Shown here in pieces: positions 58,859 through 64,000 of a stretch of DNA of 64,000 bases. Numbering within the stretch: the stretch's first letter is position 1; the number at the start of each line of letters is the position of its first letter. The stretch is from Kiritimatiellia bacterium (GTDB lineage: Bacteria > Verrucomicrobiota > Kiritimatiellia > JAAZAB01), in NCBI GenBank assembly GCA_040767085.1, contig JAXGPF010000005.1, positions 32,001-96,000 on the forward strand, given 5' to 3'. Position numbers and translations under genes: made by a program. Below the pieces are notes generated by a model. It was not told the origin of the DNA and did no database searches. It saw nothing but the letters and a program-made list of their open reading frames with translations.

Positions 58859-60244
58859 TGTCGTAAACAAATGACTTGGCCGCATAATTAACAAATGATT
58901 TGTCCGCTTAAAGCTGTCAGGATGGTGCATTCAAAGGGGGGTTATATGGATGAATATCCGAAGGCAGCACTGGAGCGGGCAATGAAGGTACAGGAAGTGA
59001 TCTTGCGTGCGATTGAAGGGCGGTTAATGTGGTGGGAGGCGGCGGAGATACTAGGTGTGAGCTACCGGACCATGCGGCGCTGGAAAGGGCGCTACGAGCG
59101 GTATGGTTACGACGGGCTGCTGGATCGTCGGCGGAAGATACCGGGGCCGCGGCGCGTGCCCCTTGCGACGGTGAAGCAGGTGCTGAGGTTGTACCGAGAA
59201 GAATACATGGATTTCAATGTGAGGCATTTTCACGAGAAGCTGCAGGCGGAGCATGGGATCGAGCTCAGTTATCAGTGGGTCAAGAGCGCCTTGCAGACGG
59301 CCGGGTTGGTGGCGAAGGCCCGGAAACGAGGGCCGCATCGGCAGCAGCGGGAACGGCGACCAATGGCGGGGATGATGTTGATGGTGGATGGCAGCACCCA
59401 TGCCTGGTTGCCCCTGCTGGCGGGCCAGAAGCAGGATCTGATCCTGGTGATGGACGATGCCACCAGCGAAGTCTACACGGCCTATCTTGTGCCCCAGGAA
59501 GGGACATTAACGGTGATGAAGGGGTTGAAAGAAGTCATTATTAAACATGGGGTTTTCTGCAGTCTGTACACGGATCGTGGCAGTCATTTCTTTTATACGC
59601 CCAAAGAAGGCGGGGCGGTGGACCGGCGTCAATTGACGCAAATTGGACGGGCGTTGCAACAGTTGGGGATCGAACATATTCCGAGCTATAGCCCCCAGGG
59701 ACGTGGGCGAATAGAGCGGATGTTTAAGACCTGGCAAGGGCGCCTGCCGCAGGAATTAAGGCAGGCGGGAATCCGGACGATGGCCGAGGCCAACGTCTAT
59801 ATTCAACAACAGTTTCTGCCTTCCTTCAATCGCAACATGAAGGTGAAGGCGCGGGAAACAGGAACGTGTTTCGTGCCTTGCGGTGAGCAGGATTTGGACA
59901 GCATTTTCTGTGTGCAGCATGCGCGAGAGGTTCAAAATGACAATACCGTGGCTGTCGGGAGTCGCCGCTTGCAGATTGGACCATCAAAATGGCGTTTCAG
60001 CTTCGCCAAGTGCCGGGTTAAAGTCTGCGAGCACCTCGATGGCACGGTGTCCATCCGTTATGGCCCGCATGTGGTTGGCCGCTACCAAGGACCGTTGAAC
60101 ATTTCGGCGTCGCTGGAGGACGTCGCATAAACTTTTTCCTCCCCCGCGGGGGAGGAAAATCCTCACCCCAGGAGCAACAACACACAATAACAAATCGGAC
60201 AGATCACTTGTTACAAAAAGCGGACACTTGACTTGTTACGAACA
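58859..60244 (+). mobile_element. IS1202-family-like insertion sequence, copy 3 (1386 bp)
   Basis: Same element as copy 1; 16-bp direct repeat GTTATTTCTGACCGCC at 58843-58858 and 60245-60260. Confidence 0.93.
58946..60130 (+). CDS. DDE transposase (same translation as copy 1)
   Basis: Translation matches 4070-5254. Confidence 0.93.
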   Translation: MDEYPKAALERAMKVQEVILRAIEGRLMWWEAAEILGVSYRTMRRWKGRYERYGYDGLLDRRRKIPGPRRVPLATVKQVLRLYREEYMDFNVRHFHEKLQAEHGIELSYQWVKSALQTAGLVAKARKRGPHRQQRERRPMAGMMLMVDGSTHAWLPLLAGQKQDLILVMDDATSEVYTAYLVPQEGTLTVMKGLKEVIIKHGVFCSLYTDRGSHFFYTPKEGGAVDRRQLTQIGRALQQLGIEHIPSYSPQGRGRIERMFKTWQGRLPQELRQAGIRTMAEANVYIQQQFLPSFNRNMKVKARETGTCFVPCGEQDLDSIFCVQHAREVQNDNTVAVGSRRLQIGPSKWRFSFAKCRVKVCEHLDGTVSIRYGPHVVGRYQGPLNISASLEDVA

Positions 60245-60271
60245 GTTATTTCTGACCGCCTCGCAAAACCC

Positions 60272-60300
60272 TTGCCCGCTCCCGATCGGTTTGTTATAAG
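60272..60300 (+). promoter_or_regulatory. Putative sigma70 promoter of 60345 gene
   Basis: TTGCCC-17 bp-TATAAG with extended TGn. Confidence 0.5.
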
Positions 60301-60344
60301 CTCGGGTCAAAATCAAAACAAGACAATCCCGCGGAAATTAACAA

Positions 60345-61931
60345 ATGACCCATCCGACCATCCTGCAATTACTGGCCGCCCTGGCGATCGTGGGCGCGCT
60401 GGCCAAGGGAGAAGAACCCGCCATGACAGACACCGATCACGTCTTGCACGTGAAAAAATCCGGCCCATCCCTGGTGCTGCGCAGCCGGTTTGCGCCCGGC
60501 CGCGACCTGGCGCTGACCGTTGGCTTGGGGTCCAACCGCCAGATAAATTTCCAGCAGGCGTTCTGGCTGGATGCCGGCATGGCGCTGGACCTGACCGAGG
60601 TCCGGCACGGCACGCTGCTGCACGGGTGCGGCGATGACAGCACGCCCTGGAACATCAACGGCACCTATATCGGCGCCAACCACGGCTGTTCCGACATCCG
60701 CGAGGTGGCGCAGCCCCGGCATGGACTGACGGATGCGGCGTTGGGCGGCGCCTGGCGCGACAGCGCCGGCAATGCATTTTTCCTGATCCATATTCCCACC
60801 CCCGATACGCTCTGGTTCTTGAGCGACAATGCCGGTTCCAAAACCATCTGGAAATTCAACACCAAACTGGCCGGCCCGATCCTGACCAATGCCGCATCCG
60901 GCGCTACGCTGGCTTTCCAGGAATGCCGCATGGCGCAACTCCGTCCTGCCTGCCGCATCCGCCGCCAGGCCTATCTGCTCAACGGCCAGATCCCGTTGCC
61001 GGAAAATCAATGGACCGCCGGCGCTTTTCTCGAAATTGCCGAGGAATACGACATTATCAATCCCGGATCATTACTGGAGGATATCCGCGCCCATCCCGGC
61101 CAGGCGCGCGACTGGACCGCGCCGCATCTGGAAGGCGTCATCGCCAATCGGATCGTTTACCGGTTTTACCCCGGCGGCGCAACCGTGGTCCGGCACGTCA
61201 GCCGCGCCCTGCAGGAATTTCAAATGGGGTACATGGGATTCGTGCAATCGGCCAAATTACATCAGGGCCAGTTCGAGACGCATGAGTATTACATTCCCAA
61301 GACCCGCCCTTTCACCCTGGCCGGCATCGCCTATGACTTCCAAGCCATCCAGGACTATTCCCAAAAACTGCCCCAATCCCTGCATTTCGGCGCCGCCTAC
61401 GGCAACCTGGCGGACACGAACGATCCGCCCGGCCGGTTTATCCAGCTCCTGGGTGCTCGCGCCGGCGGCGGCACGATCCGCAAGTTCGGTTATGCCCTGG
61501 GCTATTCGCCGGTCAACGGCCTGACCCGGCGCGGCGAACGCGCGCGCCATGCGGAAACGGCGATAAATTTGTACACCACGAGCAAATCCTATCCGCACGC
61601 CGTGGACCGCCAATTCGGCCTGGTCGTTCCCGCCGGCACGGAATTCGACTGCACCGCTTACCGTCAGTATTTCGATCCGGCGGCTTTCCCTGGCGCCACT
61701 TGCGTTTATTGGCATCCGGATGGCGGCGCAATCATGCTTTACATTGATTACCACCGGGCGGCGGAACGGGACGTGCTGCGGCTGCCGGACTCCTTGACCG
61801 GCAAGCGGCTGGAAATCATTGAAAAAACGCCGTCCTTGACCCTGCATACCGGCGGGACCGTTCCCGCGGACGGCCTGGCGGTTTCCGTGTCGGAGGCCGG
61901 CGGCAGCCTGGCCGTCCGCCTGTCCGATTGA
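60345..61931 (+). CDS. Secreted hypothetical protein
   Basis: Signal peptide (ILQLLAALAIVGALA); 528-aa beta-rich ORF with motif NGTYIGANHG. Confidence 0.75.
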   Translation: MTHPTILQLLAALAIVGALAKGEEPAMTDTDHVLHVKKSGPSLVLRSRFAPGRDLALTVGLGSNRQINFQQAFWLDAGMALDLTEVRHGTLLHGCGDDSTPWNINGTYIGANHGCSDIREVAQPRHGLTDAALGGAWRDSAGNAFFLIHIPTPDTLWFLSDNAGSKTIWKFNTKLAGPILTNAASGATLAFQECRMAQLRPACRIRRQAYLLNGQIPLPENQWTAGAFLEIAEEYDIINPGSLLEDIRAHPGQARDWTAPHLEGVIANRIVYRFYPGGATVVRHVSRALQEFQMGYMGFVQSAKLHQGQFETHEYYIPKTRPFTLAGIAYDFQAIQDYSQKLPQSLHFGAAYGNLADTNDPPGRFIQLLGARAGGGTIRKFGYALGYSPVNGLTRRGERARHAETAINLYTTSKSYPHAVDRQFGLVVPAGTEFDCTAYRQYFDPAAFPGATCVYWHPDGGAIMLYIDYHRAAERDVLRLPDSLTGKRLEIIEKTPSLTLHTGGTVPADGLAVSVSEAGGSLAVRLSD

Positions 61932-62012
61932 ACCAGCGTCTGCCGGCCGGCGCCGTCCTGGCTGAGGGGATCCGGCCGGTTCGCGCCCCGGCGCGCCATT
62001 GATTTGACCATC

Positions 62013-63011
62013 ATGATTCCCGAACAACTGACATTACGCGGCATAACCTTCCCATCGGCGTTGTTCTGCGCGCCGATGGTCGGCATCACGCATTCCGCCT
62101 TCCGCCGCCTGCTGTCGGAATTCGGCGGGTACGGCGCCCTCTTCACTGAAATGCTGTCCGCCCCGGCCTTGCTCCACGAAAGCCCGACTTATTCCACTTT
62201 CATCCGCAAGCGGCCGGCGGAAGGGCCGGTCATTTATCAATTACTGCTGAATGGCAGCGAGGATTTACCGGCAGTGCTCGACAAGGCCGCCGCCTGCGGG
62301 CCGGCCGGCATTGACCTTAATTGCGGCTGCGGCGCGCCGGATGCCCGGCGCATCGGCGGCGGCACGGCCCTGTTTGACGATCCGCCGCGCCTGCGCGCCA
62401 TCCTCGCCGGCCTGCGCCGGCATCATGCCGGGCTGCTGACGGTTAAAATCCGGCTGGGCCAGACGCGGCTGGACTGGCGGGAGCGCTTCCGCCATGCGCT
62501 GAAACTTTTCGAAGACGCCGGCGTGGACGCGGTGATCCTGCACCCGCGCTTTTCCGACGAGAAATTAAAACGCTCCGCCCGGCACGAGTTGTTTCCCTGG
62601 GCCGCCGGGCAGACCCGCCTGCCCCTGATTGCCAACGGCGATATCACCGGCCCCGACACCATTGCCCGGCATCCCGAATACTTCGCCGGCGCCGCCGGCA
62701 TCATGCTCGGCCGCATGGCGGCGGCGCGGCCGTGGATTTTTCACGCCTGGCGCAACCCGGGCTACGCGCCGGATTATACCGCGGTCTGGTCGCGATTATA
62801 CGACTACATCATGGAGGATTTTCTGCCAGGCCGCGCCTTATCGCGCCTGAAAATTTTCACGGCCTATTATGCCCGGAATTTTCTTTTCGGCCACACGCTC
62901 TTCACCGCCGCGCGCAGCGCCCGGACCGAAACCGAATTGCGCGAACGCGCCCTGCTGTTCCTGGCCAACCGCCCGACGGTCGTCAACCAGCCGACCCTGT
63001 CCGGCATCTGA
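62013..63011 (+). CDS. tRNA-dihydrouridine synthase family protein
   Basis: APMVGIT, FTEM, IDLNCGC, TVKIRLG, LHPR, ANGDI, IMLGR. Confidence 0.92.
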   Translation: MIPEQLTLRGITFPSALFCAPMVGITHSAFRRLLSEFGGYGALFTEMLSAPALLHESPTYSTFIRKRPAEGPVIYQLLLNGSEDLPAVLDKAAACGPAGIDLNCGCGAPDARRIGGGTALFDDPPRLRAILAGLRRHHAGLLTVKIRLGQTRLDWRERFRHALKLFEDAGVDAVILHPRFSDEKLKRSARHELFPWAAGQTRLPLIANGDITGPDTIARHPEYFAGAAGIMLGRMAAARPWIFHAWRNPGYAPDYTAVWSRLYDYIMEDFLPGRALSRLKIFTAYYARNFLFGHTLFTAARSARTETELRERALLFLANRPTVVNQPTLSGI

Positions 63012-63051
63012 ACGCGGCCTGGAAGCCTCCATCGCTTCCGCGCGGATTCAT

Positions 63052-63999
63052 TCATTCCAGGCGTTCCGTTGCGGGAATTTTCAGGTACACAACGGCGCAA
63101 TGCCCGAGAAATCCCGCATCGAGTTCCGGCGCCGGCTGCCGGAAGGCGCCATTCCAGACCATGAACAGCCCCTCCCCGGCTGCGTCCATGGCCACCGAGC
63201 AGGAACCGGCGGGAATGTATCCGTACCGGGCATGATAATACGGATAAAGGAACGCCAGCACCTTGCGCGCGCCGGTGCGGGTATCGTATTGGACCACCGG
63301 CGCGCCTTCCTGGAATGACATGGCGTTGTAATACAAGTAGCGCCCGCGGGGACTGCGGACCATGGCGGCCGCGAAGCCACGCCCGCCGGCGCCGCCGCGC
63401 CAATGCCATCCGCGCGGCATAATTTCACGGCGCGCGGGATCAAACGAAAACATTGTCCCGGACTCGGTGACGCCCCAGAACAGGCCGTCCGGACCCCGTG
63501 CGCGGGTATGGCCCGCCAGGCGATCGCATGTCCCGGCCGCCGGGTTGGACGGCATATGGCAATCGAGCAGGGAAAATTTTTTCGCGGCGTTATCGTAACA
63601 AATCATGCGCCGCCGCGGGTCGCCTGGATCTTCATTGGAAGTGAACACGCAGCCGGAATCCTGATCCACCAGCATAGCGCGATGATTCCAGCGCATGCCG
63701 GCAGGCAGGCAGCCCGCCCACTCCGCGCGCTGGCGGCGGATGTTCCAGGCCAGGAATTCGCCGCGGTCACCGGCGGCGTACAGCATGCCCCGCCCGGCAT
63801 CCAAGCCGTTGACCGCCCAGGCGGCGCGCGGCAGCGGCACGCCATACTCCACCAGCAGGTTGTCCGCCGGATCGTAGCTGGCAATGCGGCCGCCCTCCCA
63901 GCCACCATCAAAACCGGGGGCAGATGGCACGGAACTTTCAGGCCGGCCAGTGCAGAACCAGATATGCGGGCGCGGCCAATCCGGGCTGCGATACCAGTT
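63052..63999 (-). CDS. Hypothetical beta-propeller-like protein, 5'-truncated by window edge
   Basis: Repeated xYDP/FDP/YDT blade-like motifs; frame open to the window end. Confidence 0.6.
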   Translation of the reverse strand, partial: NWYRSPDWPRPHIWFCTGRPESSVPSAPGFDGGWEGGRIASYDPADNLLVEYGVPLPRAAWAVNGLDAGRGMLYAAGDRGEFLAWNIRRQRAEWAGCLPAGMRWNHRAMLVDQDSGCVFTSNEDPGDPRRRMICYDNAAKKFSLLDCHMPSNPAAGTCDRLAGHTRARGPDGLFWGVTESGTMFSFDPARREIMPRGWHWRGGAGGRGFAAAMVRSPRGRYLYYNAMSFQEGAPVVQYDTRTGARKVLAFLYPYYHARYGYIPAGSCSVAMDAAGEGLFMVWNGAFRQPAPELDAGFLGHCAVVYLKIPATERLE

Positions 64000-64000
64000 T

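Overview
GC-rich bacterial chromosomal window. The gene content suggests a PVC-superphylum organism such as Lentisphaerae or Kiritimatiellae; this is inference only. Housekeeping genes include a WcaJ-like sugar transferase, HU, kdsD, a ClpX-like ATPase, queC, a BamD-like gene, lptE, rpsT, tRNA-Glu, sua5, purL-purQ-hisH-hisF-smc, hisC, proA and dus. They are mixed with large secreted beta-helix or carbohydrate-active-looking proteins of unknown function. Mobile DNA comprises three apparently identical 1386-bp TGT...ACA insertion sequences (IS1202-family-like, 15-16 bp target duplications), one ISL3 element and a ~313-bp MITE-like structured element. The most striking observation is that the three IS1202-like target duplications share no sequence, yet each lies flush against a TTG-starting -35 hexamer. 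In two cases this belongs to a well-formed 17-bp-spaced sigma70 promoter, suggesting promoter- or RNA-polymerase-guided targeting. Other oddities are a hybrid histidine kinase broken by one in-frame TAA, an AraC/GH31 chimeric scar ORF, an Mla-like operon with a dead ABC ATPase, and a ClpX variant lacking the zinc domain but with a duplicated C-terminal domain.
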